Translations under genes and position numbers: made by a program
Shown: positions 1 to 9,289 of the stretch, piece after piece
How positions within the stretch are numbered: the first letter of the stretch is position 1
Layout of the letters: every line of letters starts with the position of its first letter
The notes under the pieces: model-generated
The model's input: only the letters and a program-made list of their open reading frames with translations
What the model was told of the DNA's origin: nothing
Database searches by the model: none
Source of the DNA: a virus
Virus record (IMG/VR): IMGVR_UViG_3300033571_015173
Span: 23,815-87,814 of that record
Length of the DNA: 64,000 nt
Reading direction: 5' to 3' (one strand)

Positions 1-133
1 CCTAGAAGAAGCATCGCAGGACTCGGAACAGCTTGCTTGCATCTTTCAGGCTGCATACGATACTCTGCCGCGAATCCTGAAGGATGCCTATGATGAGGCA
101 TTCAATTATCTAGCTCCATAGGAGAAGAGCAAC

Positions 134-592
134 ATGATTGCATTCTATCCATTTAATCTGCACAACTCTCTATTGGTCCAAGCTTTCTCTCGTTCTGTTC
201 GGGCAGATCGGGACACAGCGCTAGGGAATCCGTTTGTAATGACGGAAACCCACAGTAGAGATCAGGTTTGTGCTGGATACGAGAAGTATTTTCAGCTGAT
301 CCTCTCTGGTTCTGAACCGGAGGATGCCGCTTATGAGGTGGCGGAAGAGCAGCAACTTTTGATTGGGAAGTTCTGGAAAAATCCTAATCGAAAAGCCTTT
401 GTTAGAGCACTTAATGACATCTTTGAGGCAGCACTGAAAGACTACCAACAAAGAGGAATCCATACAGTGTTTCTTCAATGCTGGTGTGCTCCCCAGAAAT
501 GTCATGTGGACACAATCTGCAGCTATTTCAACACAAAGATCGAAGGGATGCTTGAGAAGATCAAACCCTTCGATTATTCTGACCCGCGTTGA
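134..592 (+). CDS. DUF4326-like protein
   Basis: GNPF motif near the N-terminus and CWCAPQKCHVD near the C-terminus, typical of the DUF4326 phage family; SD GGAG upstream. Confidence 0.65.
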   Translation: MIAFYPFNLHNSLLVQAFSRSVRADRDTALGNPFVMTETHSRDQVCAGYEKYFQLILSGSEPEDAAYEVAEEQQLLIGKFWKNPNRKAFVRALNDIFEAALKDYQQRGIHTVFLQCWCAPQKCHVDTICSYFNTKIEGMLEKIKPFDYSDPR

Positions 593-860
593 TTTCGATT
601 TCACCTTATGGAGGGGGGTCAGCAATGGCCCCTAATTTGATTATGAAAATGTATCTTGACAAGTATGCAGATAAGCCAGTGTTAATTTTACAGACTGGCT
701 ATTATGCAACCTTCTTTTATTTTTGGGGCTGGAACTGTGAATGGCTGGCTCTCAAGTTTGGCAAATCTAAAGTTCATGTAGACAGTGATTGTATCAACGA
801 GATTACTGAATACAGCTTTGATAGTTGGTGGTTAGGCTCTCATCGTTCTTGGAGATAATC

Positions 861-1343
861 ATGAAGATAATGGTTACGGGTCCACGCTCGATTGTTGAGT
901 TGACTCTAGAAGAGCGACTCGCAATTGTTGATAGAATCGCGATTCAGTTTGAAAAGATTAAGCCTAAGTTAATCCATATAGGCATGGCTGAAGGCTTTGA
1001 TGAATTCAGTGTCTATGCTGCGGTTAGGCTAGGGCTTCCCTTTATCGCTTGCTTACCATCTCCTGGGTATGGCCAATATTATTGGCGAGATCATAGCAAA
1101 ACTGGTTTGGACAGGTTCGCTAGATTTGAGGCCATGTTGGAAAAAGCCAGTGACATTATCGTGGTCTGTAGAGATCACCAAATGGGTCGAGCGAATTTTC
1201 TCCGCAATACCTATATGGTAGAGCGGTCTGAATTAGTGGTGTCTTACCTTGAAAGCTACCCTTCCCCTGGCACAAGACATGCCTTAAGAGAGGCGCGGAA
1301 TCATAAGTTAGATATTGTCTTCACTGAGGAGGTTCCATTTTAG
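861..1343 (+). CDS. SLOG-family (YspA/DUF1273-like) nucleotide-binding protein
   Basis: MKIMVTGPR start, IGMAEGFD, RNTYMVERS and PGT motifs; SD GGAG before ATG 861. Confidence 0.7.
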   Translation: MKIMVTGPRSIVELTLEERLAIVDRIAIQFEKIKPKLIHIGMAEGFDEFSVYAAVRLGLPFIACLPSPGYGQYYWRDHSKTGLDRFARFEAMLEKASDIIVVCRDHQMGRANFLRNTYMVERSELVVSYLESYPSPGTRHALREARNHKLDIVFTEEVPF

Positions 1344-1345
1344 CT

Positions 1346-1615
1346 ATGGACTTAGCAGAAGTTTTGCAAATTTTGAAGGACTTGGCTGATAACCTTACTG
1401 AGGTTGACGGCTGGGATGATAACGAAGAGAAGGTAAAGTTTGAAGAGATGCTAGAAAACTTCAATCCTTCTCATCGCGAGTTCGTACTTCAGTTGAGAGA
1501 TGACTGCCTGGACGCAAGCCAGATGCAGTGGGCCTTACTTCTCTCGCATGTCGCTCATGTTATGACAGAGCCTGGTTTGTGGGAAGGCAAAGAAGTTCAA
1601 CTATCTTGGAATTGA
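1346..1615 (+). CDS. hypothetical acidic protein
   Basis: ORF track; operon-like packing; GGAGG upstream. Confidence 0.6.
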   Translation: MDLAEVLQILKDLADNLTEVDGWDDNEEKVKFEEMLENFNPSHREFVLQLRDDCLDASQMQWALLLSHVAHVMTEPGLWEGKEVQLSWN

Positions 1616-1616
1616 C

Positions 1617-2474
1617 ATGAAGGCATTATCTGGATCCGGTGTGAAAATGTTGAGCTTGACTCAGCACCAAGCCAAGAATACTGAGGACTGGCAGTTCTTA
1701 ATGAGTCTTCTTGATCAGAAGCTAATCTCTCAGGCAGAAGCTTCGATGGTGAAAATCAAACACAGGCTGAATGAGTACCCACCTGAGTACGACTTTGCAT
1801 TTAGTGCAAACGTACTTATTAACTCATATAGGGTCCAAGCTTACCCTGATCACTTGCATACGATCATTGGCTACGAAGACTACTGGAAAAGGGTTCAGCA
1901 TAAAAGTCTGTCGGTAGTAACAAAGGGCTATATCTTGTCAGTTTGTCAAGAAGCTGTCAGGCTGAATCAGCAGGCGAATTCCACTCAGCGGGTCCTCATG
2001 GAAGGGGATTTGACTGCAAAGGATACGACTTTAGTGAAGGCGTACTTAGATGACGTTCTTCCGGGGTTGGATTATCTTACAACTCATGTTCCTAAAGGAG
2101 TGTTTGCCCGGTTTAATATACACCCCTGTTTGGCATGGTTCTCTGCTGATTATCAAGCGGAGATTGATGGGAAGACCATGCTTCAGATTCGGTGGTCGTT
2201 GGCTAGCAAACCTATGTCTGGTATTGTTGCCAGAACGTTGGCATACTGGCTTCTTGAAGACTGCAAGCATGAGGAGTGTATTATTGCCCTACCAAGGCAA
2301 GAGCAAACCCTCACCATTGACCCCAAAGACTTTCTTAATGGGAGTATTTCTGTTGCTCGCTCAGATGTTAGAACAATGTCAAGACTTAAGATGTCAGCCA
2401 TTCTTGAGTCTAGAAAAACAAAGACGTTGGGAGAACTATCAGACGAGTATCAACAACGATTAAGAGGGTTCTAG
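1617..2474 (+). CDS. hypothetical protein
   Basis: 285-aa ORF tightly coupled to the upstream gene. Confidence 0.65.
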   Translation: MKALSGSGVKMLSLTQHQAKNTEDWQFLMSLLDQKLISQAEASMVKIKHRLNEYPPEYDFAFSANVLINSYRVQAYPDHLHTIIGYEDYWKRVQHKSLSVVTKGYILSVCQEAVRLNQQANSTQRVLMEGDLTAKDTTLVKAYLDDVLPGLDYLTTHVPKGVFARFNIHPCLAWFSADYQAEIDGKTMLQIRWSLASKPMSGIVARTLAYWLLEDCKHEECIIALPRQEQTLTIDPKDFLNGSISVARSDVRTMSRLKMSAILESRKTKTLGELSDEYQQRLRGF

Positions 2475-2498
2475 CTGTATGAAGCGAGGTTATCGAGT

Positions 2499-2522
2499 CC
2501 GATCCAAGGGCTCGTAACTTCG
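2499..2522 (+). promoter_or_regulatory. conserved phage motif copy 1 (putative phage-specific promoter)
   Basis: CCGATCCAAGGGCTCGTAACTTCG, intergenic, 36 nt before SD-led ATG 2559. Confidence 0.6.
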
Positions 2523-2558
2523 TTTCTAGATCAACTTAAGAAAAGACAAGGAGGAAAT

Positions 2559-2849
2559 ATGTACGCAGGACTTAGTGAAGATGAATTCGACGAGTACTTG
2601 GAAGAGATGTACTGGGACTGCTACACCAGGGTCCAAGAACAGGCTTACGAAAAACTGAAAGCTGTTGCTGTCAATGTTGGCAGTCTCAAGCCTCTTTCCC
2701 CTGGCTTTAGCGTATATGCTCCCTGGAAGGACTTGCAACAACTGAGATTGCTCTCGGAAGCGGTTCGCTCTGGAATCAGGGAGTTCCGGGAGAGCTATCA
2801 GTCGTGCTTGTTACCCGCGTTCGCAGAAGACTGGCCTGAGTATTTTTAG
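2559..2849 (+). CDS. hypothetical protein
   Basis: strong SD AGGAGG; ORF. Confidence 0.7.
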   Translation: MYAGLSEDEFDEYLEEMYWDCYTRVQEQAYEKLKAVAVNVGSLKPLSPGFSVYAPWKDLQQLRLLSEAVRSGIREFRESYQSCLLPAFAEDWPEYF

Positions 2850-2885
2850 GTTTCTCGTTTGTCTGAGCCCAAGGATTCCCCGATC

Positions 2886-2909
2886 CCGATCCAAGGGCTC
2901 GTAACTTCG
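2886..2909 (+). promoter_or_regulatory. conserved phage motif copy 2
   Basis: identical to copy 1, 38 nt before ATG 2948. Confidence 0.6.
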
Positions 2910-2947
2910 TTTTCTATTAACTCAAGAAGAAATCCCAAGGAGGGAGT

Positions 2948-3397
2948 ATGCAAGCATCATTCTTTGTCTATCAGACTGACAATCAGAGCCTACTTTCGCT
3001 GCGAGTTTATATTCCTGCGAGTGAAGAGGTTCCAGAAGCATGGGTTGAGGCCCAGGAGAACTTAGACTGTCTAAATACTAAATCATGGGGCCATCATGGA
3101 ACAGCCCTGTGGTTCCGCACTAAGTCTAATGATCTTCTTGACCTGGTTCGAGTCTATGTTTCTCACAAGCAAATGTTCCAGCTCCCTCCCAGTCTGCGGC
3201 ACAGACAGGAGCATAGACAGTTATTAAAGCAAGCTCTGGCCTACGCTGAAGAAGATCAGAAAAAACTGGCCGCTCAGATTGAGAAAGATGCAGAACATGG
3301 ATCCGCTTTCTCTCAGTTGAAAGATACTGCACTTGCCCAGGTTCGGCAAACACTGGAGGAGATCAACCAGTACCGCCAACTGTTTCGCTTAGTCTGA
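2948..3397 (+). CDS. hypothetical protein
   Basis: SD AGGAGGG; ORF. Confidence 0.7.
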   Translation: MQASFFVYQTDNQSLLSLRVYIPASEEVPEAWVEAQENLDCLNTKSWGHHGTALWFRTKSNDLLDLVRVYVSHKQMFQLPPSLRHRQEHRQLLKQALAYAEEDQKKLAAQIEKDAEHGSAFSQLKDTALAQVRQTLEEINQYRQLFRLV

Positions 3398-3412
3398 TAT
3401 TTTCTAGGGGCT

Positions 3413-3436
3413 CCGATCCAGGGGCTCCTAACTTCG
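3413..3436 (+). promoter_or_regulatory. conserved phage motif copy 3
   Basis: CCGATCCAGGGGCTCCTAACTTCG, 36 nt before ATG 3473. Confidence 0.6.
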
Positions 3437-3472
3437 TTCTCATATAAACTCAGTCATCTAATTAGGAGCATC

Positions 3473-3787
3473 ATGGTTTTTCAAAATCCTTCCTATCATA
3501 ATTGTGAAGTTGAAGTGACTCTGTATGAGCGTGTTTTTCAATCCGAGTTATTACCTGCTAGCATCGCTGTTAGTCTTGTTATGTGCGTCGAGCAAGAAAG
3601 TCGTTGGGCTACTAATAACGATGATGTGGACTACAACGAAGCCGATGGGCTGGGCGGTGCTAAATACTATTATCTGCGTCAAACTTTCCAGGTGAGAGTA
3701 GGCTCGAAAGTTGTTAAGATCACCGATTGTTATAACACAGCGGTCCAACACTACTTTGCAACCAGTGTCTCGTTTGAAGCTATCTAA
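3473..3787 (+). CDS. hypothetical protein
   Basis: SD AGGAG; ORF. Confidence 0.65.
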   Translation: MVFQNPSYHNCEVEVTLYERVFQSELLPASIAVSLVMCVEQESRWATNNDDVDYNEADGLGGAKYYYLRQTFQVRVGSKVVKITDCYNTAVQHYFATSVSFEAI

Positions 3788-3805
3788 GAATGCAAGGAGA
3801 ATCTA

Positions 3806-4276
3806 ATGTACGAATTTACTTATGATCCTCATTTCATGTTCCAAACACCGTGGAAGTCTAAGTCATCGGACTTAACTGCTTACACGCCTCATGGGTTGTA
3901 CTTGATTTGTTTATACCCAGAGTTGCAAGTTCGACATGAAATCATGAAGTTCGAGGATCAACCTAAGAAGTTACTTAAGTACCTGGATAGCATCACTTCA
4001 ACTCGCGAGGTTGGAATTGCTAAGAAGGTGGAGATGATGACGTGGGTACAGGAGTATGCCTTCTCCTACCACAATCCCATCATGCGGGAAACCTTGCTGG
4101 AGTCTCAAGGTCCCATTGTCTACTACACAAGGAGTGATCCTTTCTGGGGAGTGATGGCCACATTCCACAAAGACGGACGCATTACGTCCAAAGGTGGGGA
4201 TAACCGACTCGGAATTATCATCCAGAGCATTCGTGATCGTCTTGTTAAGGAGTCTCGTGATGGAACAAACAAATAA
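3806..4276 (+). CDS. NADAR-like (DUF1768/YbiA) protein, divergent
   Basis: C-terminal LLES...DPFWG...GDNRLGIIIQSIRDRL matches the NADAR DxxWG...GxNxLG signature. Confidence 0.55.
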   Translation: MYEFTYDPHFMFQTPWKSKSSDLTAYTPHGLYLICLYPELQVRHEIMKFEDQPKKLLKYLDSITSTREVGIAKKVEMMTWVQEYAFSYHNPIMRETLLESQGPIVYYTRSDPFWGVMATFHKDGRITSKGGDNRLGIIIQSIRDRLVKESRDGTNK

Positions 4277-4562
4277 TAAGTGGATCTGGCTGTTTCAGTT
4301 TGGAGTGGGTCCCCTGTACCATCGGTTTTATGTGGAGGGGGTCAACTCTCATCAGGCTTTGATGACGTTACGAGAGAGGCACCCGGAATTGAGGCCCTTG
4401 AAGTTAAGGTCTGTGCTCCTAGTTGCACAACCTCTAGAGGCTTTTGAGGATGAGCCGATTGATCCTCGTTTCGGTCCCAACGCCGAAGATACTGGGTTTA
4501 GTGTTGGACTAAGCAGGGCAGAAGTATTCACCTATTCGGAGAAAGATTATGAACTTGATTAA
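4260..4562 (+). CDS. hypothetical protein
   Basis: SD AGGAG before ATG 4260. Confidence 0.55.
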   Translation: MEQTNNKWIWLFQFGVGPLYHRFYVEGVNSHQALMTLRERHPELRPLKLRSVLLVAQPLEAFEDEPIDPRFGPNAEDTGFSVGLSRAEVFTYSEKDYELD

Positions 4563-4692
4563 GCTTCTATTGGTCTTCTGTGTGATTAGTAGTGTGTTGC
4601 TGATCATCGGTCTAGCTACCAGGGGAATCGGTTTACTATTTCTTCTGCTGATTTGTTTGGCGTTACTTAAGCTCTTGCCTCAAGAGGTGTGA
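4549..4692 (+). CDS. small two-TM membrane protein (47 aa; not in ORF track)
   Basis: MNLIKLLLVFCVISSVLLIIGLATRGIGLLFLLLICLALLKLLPQEV; GGAG upstream. Confidence 0.5.
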   Translation: MNLIKLLLVFCVISSVLLIIGLATRGIGLLFLLLICLALLKLLPQEV

Positions 4693-4710
4693 TAGAGTTT
4701 ACTCTCGGAT

Positions 4711-4734
4711 CCGATCCGGGGGCTTTTTACTTTC
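4711..4734 (+). promoter_or_regulatory. conserved phage motif copy 4 (divergent)
   Basis: CCGATCCGGGGGCTTTTTACTTTC, 44 nt before the ssb ATG. Confidence 0.45.
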
Positions 4735-4778
4735 AGTTCAATCGTAAATAACAACAACAAGCCCAAGGAGGGCACATC

Positions 4779-5552
4779 ATGAATACCATCACCATTTCTG
4801 GGACCATCGCTAATATCGAGCAAGATGGCAAGAACTTGATTTTTACCCTGCACAATGGATCGCTGGACTATTCCTTCCGTTGTCAAATGTACGAGACTCT
4901 CTATTCCTCGAACTACGAGGGAGACCCCAGCGAGTTAGAAGGTGCTGGGATTGTTATTTCTGGAGAGCTGATTCCGAAGACTGAAGGTCAAGTTCGTTTC
5001 CACATGATCCGCGTATCTCGCATTCACGCTATCGGAGACGTGGATGACCGTGTGAACATTATCAATGTCATCGGTCGGGTTACTGGCGGCAAGAAGACTG
5101 AGCATGAGCCCGAGGGAGTTGCAGTGTCTGTCCGTCACTTTGACGAGACTCGTGTTGCCAACTTCAATATCGCACTCAACAGTTTTCTGGACGGTGAGAA
5201 ACTGGACTGTTACTTCCAGGTTTCCGCCTGGGGTAAAACCTGCGATACGGCTGAACAGTATTTGGTTAAAGGGAAGCAAGTGGGTATCACGGGCTCTCTA
5301 CGAGTTACCAAAGGCAATACCGGAGGTAAGTTCGTCTCTATCAATACTGATCCGGTTGGTGGGTTGTTGTTGTTGGCAGATCCTGCGGAATCGTCGAATG
5401 GCACCTATGGAGATCCGCCTCCTCGCCGTTCTGTGACTCCGACCCGGAAGCCACGGCCTGCAACTCCGGCAGCTCCGGCAGCTCCGGCAGCTCCGGCAAC
5501 GGATGAACCCCCGGCACCTCCGACCAACTTTGACGAAGTGCCGTTCGCGTAG
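4779..5552 (+). CDS. ssb: single-stranded DNA-binding protein with tandem OB folds
   Basis: VNIINVIGRV...VANFNIA...FQVSAWGK...YLVKGKQVGITGSL SSB motifs; Pro/Ala linker; acidic FDEVPFA tail. Confidence 0.85.
   Translation: MNTITISGTIANIEQDGKNLIFTLHNGSLDYSFRCQMYETLYSSNYEGDPSELEGAGIVISGELIPKTEGQVRFHMIRVSRIHAIGDVDDRVNIINVIGRVTGGKKTEHEPEGVAVSVRHFDETRVANFNIALNSFLDGEKLDCYFQVSAWGKTCDTAEQYLVKGKQVGITGSLRVTKGNTGGKFVSINTDPVGGLLLLADPAESSNGTYGDPPPRRSVTPTRKPRPATPAAPAAPAAPATDEPPAPPTNFDEVPFA
5464..5498 (+). repeat. 9-bp tandem repeat (CTCCGGCAG) x4 encoding a PAA linker
   Basis: direct reading. Confidence 0.85.
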
Positions 5553-5558
5553 TCTAAC

Positions 5559-5599
5559 TGCTAAGGCGTAACATTGGTTGCGTCTTAGCAATCTTTTTT
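5559..5599 (+). terminator. rho-independent terminator after ssb
   Basis: TGCTAAGGCGTAAC-ATTG-GTTGCGTCTTAGCA stem followed by a T run. Confidence 0.7.
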
Positions 5600-5700
5600 G
5601 TGGTAGCTTGCGTAAGTGGTGCGAACTAGACATTAGAAACCCGTTTGGAGAGGGGTAACTCTCAAAGCAGACCCAGCAAGCTATCACAAATCGGAGACTT

Positions 5701-6012
5701 ATGATACCAACCTTAAAGCTCAAGCATCACTTTCTCCCTCTGATTTACAAGGGAGAGAAGACAACAACAATCAGGAAGGGAAGGCTCGACTTCCTTGAGG
5801 AGTGCAAAGAACTTTTATTTGACTGTGGCTATCATGGGACAGCCAAGGTCAAAATCAATTCTTTGATTTATCTTAGAGCTAAATATCTAAGAGAAATCGA
5901 TGCCATCTCCGATGGCTTTTGTTCTCTTGACTCCCTTAAGAAGAATCTTAGAGAGTTCTATCCTGACCTGAAAGAAGATAGCTGGGTAACTATTGTCTAT
6001 CTGAGGATTTAA
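5701..6012 (+). CDS. ASCH-domain protein
   Basis: IYKGEKTTTIRKG and DAISDGF motifs. Confidence 0.75.
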   Translation: MIPTLKLKHHFLPLIYKGEKTTTIRKGRLDFLEECKELLFDCGYHGTAKVKINSLIYLRAKYLREIDAISDGFCSLDSLKKNLREFYPDLKEDSWVTIVYLRI

Positions 6013-6018
6013 TTAAAT

Positions 6019-6384
6019 ATGTCCAATTGGATCGCCTCGGAAATTACCGTTGTAGAAGGTAAGTTAAAGGCCAAAAAGGAAAGAAGGGAAAAGCAAATTC
6101 AATTCCAGCAAGGATTTCTTAAAGTCCCCATTAAGAATACTAAGGTTAAGGGGATCTCTCATATCGAAAGACTAAATGGAGAGGTTGATAATCTGCACAT
6201 GAGATGTCAGCTAATCAAGAAAATTTTTGAGATTTATAGTGCGGTGTTCAAAGATGACTCTGCGTTCGAGGAATACTTGACAATTAAATATGGAAGTTCA
6301 ATTCTATCGGAGTATACTCTGAGTGAGCTACAAGAAGTGGAGGGCTATTTATGTCCCGTGCCAGTGAATTCCACAGCGATTTGA
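6019..6384 (+). CDS. hypothetical protein
   Basis: ORF track. Confidence 0.55.
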   Translation: MSNWIASEITVVEGKLKAKKERREKQIQFQQGFLKVPIKNTKVKGISHIERLNGEVDNLHMRCQLIKKIFEIYSAVFKDDSAFEEYLTIKYGSSILSEYTLSELQEVEGYLCPVPVNSTAI

Positions 6385-6546
6385 ATAGCTTTAGAAAGAG
6401 ATGGCCTGATTGTGCCATATTCGCTATGACCCCAGATCAATTTCAGATGGGGTGGGGTTCGCCAGAAGCTGTGGGTATGGCAGCCCTTGTTGGATTGCAC
6501 AATCCTCTGCTCTCGGACGAAGAGTTAGCAGAGTATGAGGCATCCT

Positions 6547-6570
6547 CCGATCCAGGGGCTGATACCTACG
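6547..6570 (+). promoter_or_regulatory. conserved phage motif copy 5
   Basis: CCGATCCAGGGGCTGATACCTACG. Confidence 0.55.
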
Positions 6571-6807
6571 GTAGTTAACTAAAGTACGTGAGAACTGAGG
6601 TGGTGAATTATTAATTTAGTTCACCACTTTCCTTTATCATGAAAGATAATATTTGCGTTTTTGGATTAGGTGGAATGGAGCCAAAAATAATTAACTATCA
6701 TGAACCGTGTGAGAAGGATGAGTGTTGGTGTAAAACCTCACCTAGCCTTCTCACTTGGTTTAATTTTTATGCCTTCCTGCCATCCGAACTAACTCGACAA
6801 ACTAGGG

Positions 6808-7647
6808 TTAGTAGTCTTCGATCCTCTCTTTCGGAATGACTGGAAGCTGGTGATTGCGTGGGCTTGATTCGGGAGTATGCTTCCGAAGATCCCATACTAT
6901 TGCCAGGGTTAGAATGCTGATAGTAAAGGTTAGAAAGTAAAGGGAGAGATAGATTTTCCACTTTACTGCAGTTCTTCCTTGCGGAGGAACAATCAACCAA
7001 TCGAAGACTTTCGCTAGCATTCCCCATCTAGTTGCGGGGGGCGACGATGAGCCGACAAGATTTGCGGCATACTCACTCATTAGTGAGGACTCCTCGAATG
7101 GGATGAAGGTGTCTCTCATTCCATCTTTAGGCCAATTTTCTGGCTCCCATAGATCCACTGGAATCGTGGGAGAAGGACTTGTGGCACAGTAAATACCTCC
7201 CAGTCCATCTTTCGGAGTATTAACTCCAAGCCAGATTCTCTCTCCACCTGCAATGAGAATCCCTTTTCTATCGACACGTATCCATCCTTCTTTATTGGCG
7301 ACCCAAACGCCAACACTAGACTCAAAATATTCAAGCTTACCTTTGCGAGTAAGGTAACTCCCTCCAGAATAGATATGGAAGGACTGATCTTTGCCACGAA
7401 ATTCAATGGTAAAATGAATTCGCGATAGTCTTGAAGTGTTATCTTTTTTAGGCACAAAAACGAGACTGCAATACTCCAACCTTCCTGCGGTCCAGTATTG
7501 ATTGGATCCCTTTTCATCTATTACATCAAGCGAAAAAGAAGATCCAACGAAATTAAAATCCGGGTCCTTACTGTCAACTACCTGAAGAACCGGAAATGAA
7601 GGGCTAAAAAACAAAAAAAGTGAGGGACAGGTAATGGTGCCATCCAT
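6808..7647 (-). CDS. FHA-domain membrane-anchored protein
   Basis: WTAGR...C...LSRIHFTI FHA motifs; C-terminal hydrophobic helix. Confidence 0.6.
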   Translation of the reverse strand: MDGTITCPSLFLFFSPSFPVLQVVDSKDPDFNFVGSSFSLDVIDEKGSNQYWTAGRLEYCSLVFVPKKDNTSRLSRIHFTIEFRGKDQSFHIYSGGSYLTRKGKLEYFESSVGVWVANKEGWIRVDRKGILIAGGERIWLGVNTPKDGLGGIYCATSPSPTIPVDLWEPENWPKDGMRDTFIPFEESSLMSEYAANLVGSSSPPATRWGMLAKVFDWLIVPPQGRTAVKWKIYLSLYFLTFTISILTLAIVWDLRKHTPESSPRNHQLPVIPKERIEDY

Positions 7648-7941
7648 TGGGGAAATCCTCAGGAATAAAGACTGGGAGAGTAGGAACGATAGTAGAGTGC
7701 GGTTTGTAAAGATCCAGCTAAAGGGATCTTACTCATCCATTGTAAAAATTTTAACAAAGTTCCGTCGCACTAGGACGTGGAGAGCTATCAAAAATTGCGG
7801 GTGGGGAGAGGAAAGATCTCTCATTTTTGTAGCCGCAATCACCACCGACCTATTTGCCGCTCAAAAATGGTGGGAAGAGAAAGCATTGGATTTCAACGTC
7901 GGAATTATTCTATTTGACATAGCAAAGGAGGACCCCGATCT

Positions 7942-8511
7942 ATGACTAGAATACTTCCATCGAAAGTTGGAAGGTGGAACATCTTATCTCCGGCTGTAGT
8001 TAGGAGAAAGAAAGGTTACTGCTACTATTTCCATTTCTGCAGGTGTGACTGCGGAACGGAGAAGTGGGTAAGCAGGACACACCTTCTTAGTGAAAAGACT
8101 AGATCTTGTGGCTGTTATAAGAAAGAGGCCAACAGAATATGGAAGTCTCTAACCTCCAAGAAGAATGAAAATATAGCAAGAGAAGAATGGGAGCGAATAA
8201 GATCAGATAGTGAATGGTCTGATTTTGTTTCCTTCTACCGAGATACACAGCCTCAACGAACCAGGAGGCATCATCTTCACAAGATTAATAAAGACTTACC
8301 TTATTCTAAAGACAATTTTAGATGGGTAAAAAGTAAACACAAGATAATTGAATTTAACGGGAAGAGCCTAGTCCTAAAAGACTGGGTAAAGGAACCAGAA
8401 GCTAACGGACTATCTTTAAGCCTCTTACATAAGAGGTATGATCGAGGTGATCCACCTGCAGAAATATTTAGACCTAATGGCAAAATACATTCCGATAAAG
8501 AAAGGAACTAG
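7942..8511 (+). CDS. HNH/AP2-associated homing-endonuclease-like protein
   Basis: CRCDCG...RSCGC, W.DF.SFY.D, YSKDNFRW and FNGKSL motifs. Confidence 0.65.
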   Translation: MTRILPSKVGRWNILSPAVVRRKKGYCYYFHFCRCDCGTEKWVSRTHLLSEKTRSCGCYKKEANRIWKSLTSKKNENIAREEWERIRSDSEWSDFVSFYRDTQPQRTRRHHLHKINKDLPYSKDNFRWVKSKHKIIEFNGKSLVLKDWVKEPEANGLSLSLLHKRYDRGDPPAEIFRPNGKIHSDKERN

Positions 8512-9148
8512 GTTTGGTTTCTTAACCGCTCTAGAACTTCAAGAGGGATCTCATCCTTCTCTTTTTGAGTTGAGAAATTGGGCTTGCCGCTGTGACTGTC
8601 AAAGAGATACCATCGTAAACGAATTAGAATTAAGGATGAATAAGAGGATTGCCTGTGGACAAAGAGGATGTCACATTGCAGACTTGGATCTTTCTGCTAC
8701 AGCTCCTCATATTGTTCGTCCATCCTCTATTGCCGAGTTCCATTCATGGAAGTTCATTTTGACTGCTTGCACCAATCCTGCGAGTAGGCATTATGAGTTT
8801 TATGGAGGGAAGGGAATTAAGATGCAAGAGGAGTGGATTAGGTCTTTTGACACCTTCTATTTGGATATGAAGGAAAAGCCTACTCCTAAGCATCGTCTTT
8901 CTAGAAAGGTGGCGGAGAAGGGATTCATTAAAGGCAATTGCTATTGGGGTTCTATTTCTCCAACTGAAGAACCTCTCCTCATTACCTACAACGGGATCAA
9001 ACTAAGTTGTACTGAATGGTCGAACTATTTGGCCCAGTACGAAAACTTGAATTTAACCCCGCAGCTCATTCGAGCCAGGTACTTTGTCTATGGGTGGGAC
9101 GCGGAAAGGACCCTGACCACCCCATCTAGAAGCGTAAGAAAAAAATAG
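8477..9148 (+). CDS. HNH/AP2-associated homing-endonuclease-like protein
   Basis: RFGFLT, CRCDC, YGGKGI, EW..SFDTFYLDM and GNCYW motifs. Confidence 0.7.
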   Translation: MAKYIPIKKGTRFGFLTALELQEGSHPSLFELRNWACRCDCQRDTIVNELELRMNKRIACGQRGCHIADLDLSATAPHIVRPSSIAEFHSWKFILTACTNPASRHYEFYGGKGIKMQEEWIRSFDTFYLDMKEKPTPKHRLSRKVAEKGFIKGNCYWGSISPTEEPLLITYNGIKLSCTEWSNYLAQYENLNLTPQLIRARYFVYGWDAERTLTTPSRSVRKK

Positions 9149-9289
9149 TCGCCTTTTGCGAATATTTTTTTTATCTATGCTAGTATAGTGGGCAGCAGAC
9201 TAGACTGCTACATAGAATCCTGATTGGGAAGTGACCAGATAGGAGACTATTACTGTCTAGTTTGCTGTCTATTTTTTCGAGGATTAAAC

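Noticed and set aside
7942-9148. Group I intron or intein housing the HNH-like genes
   Set aside because: No interrupted host gene or splice elements are evident. They appear free-standing.
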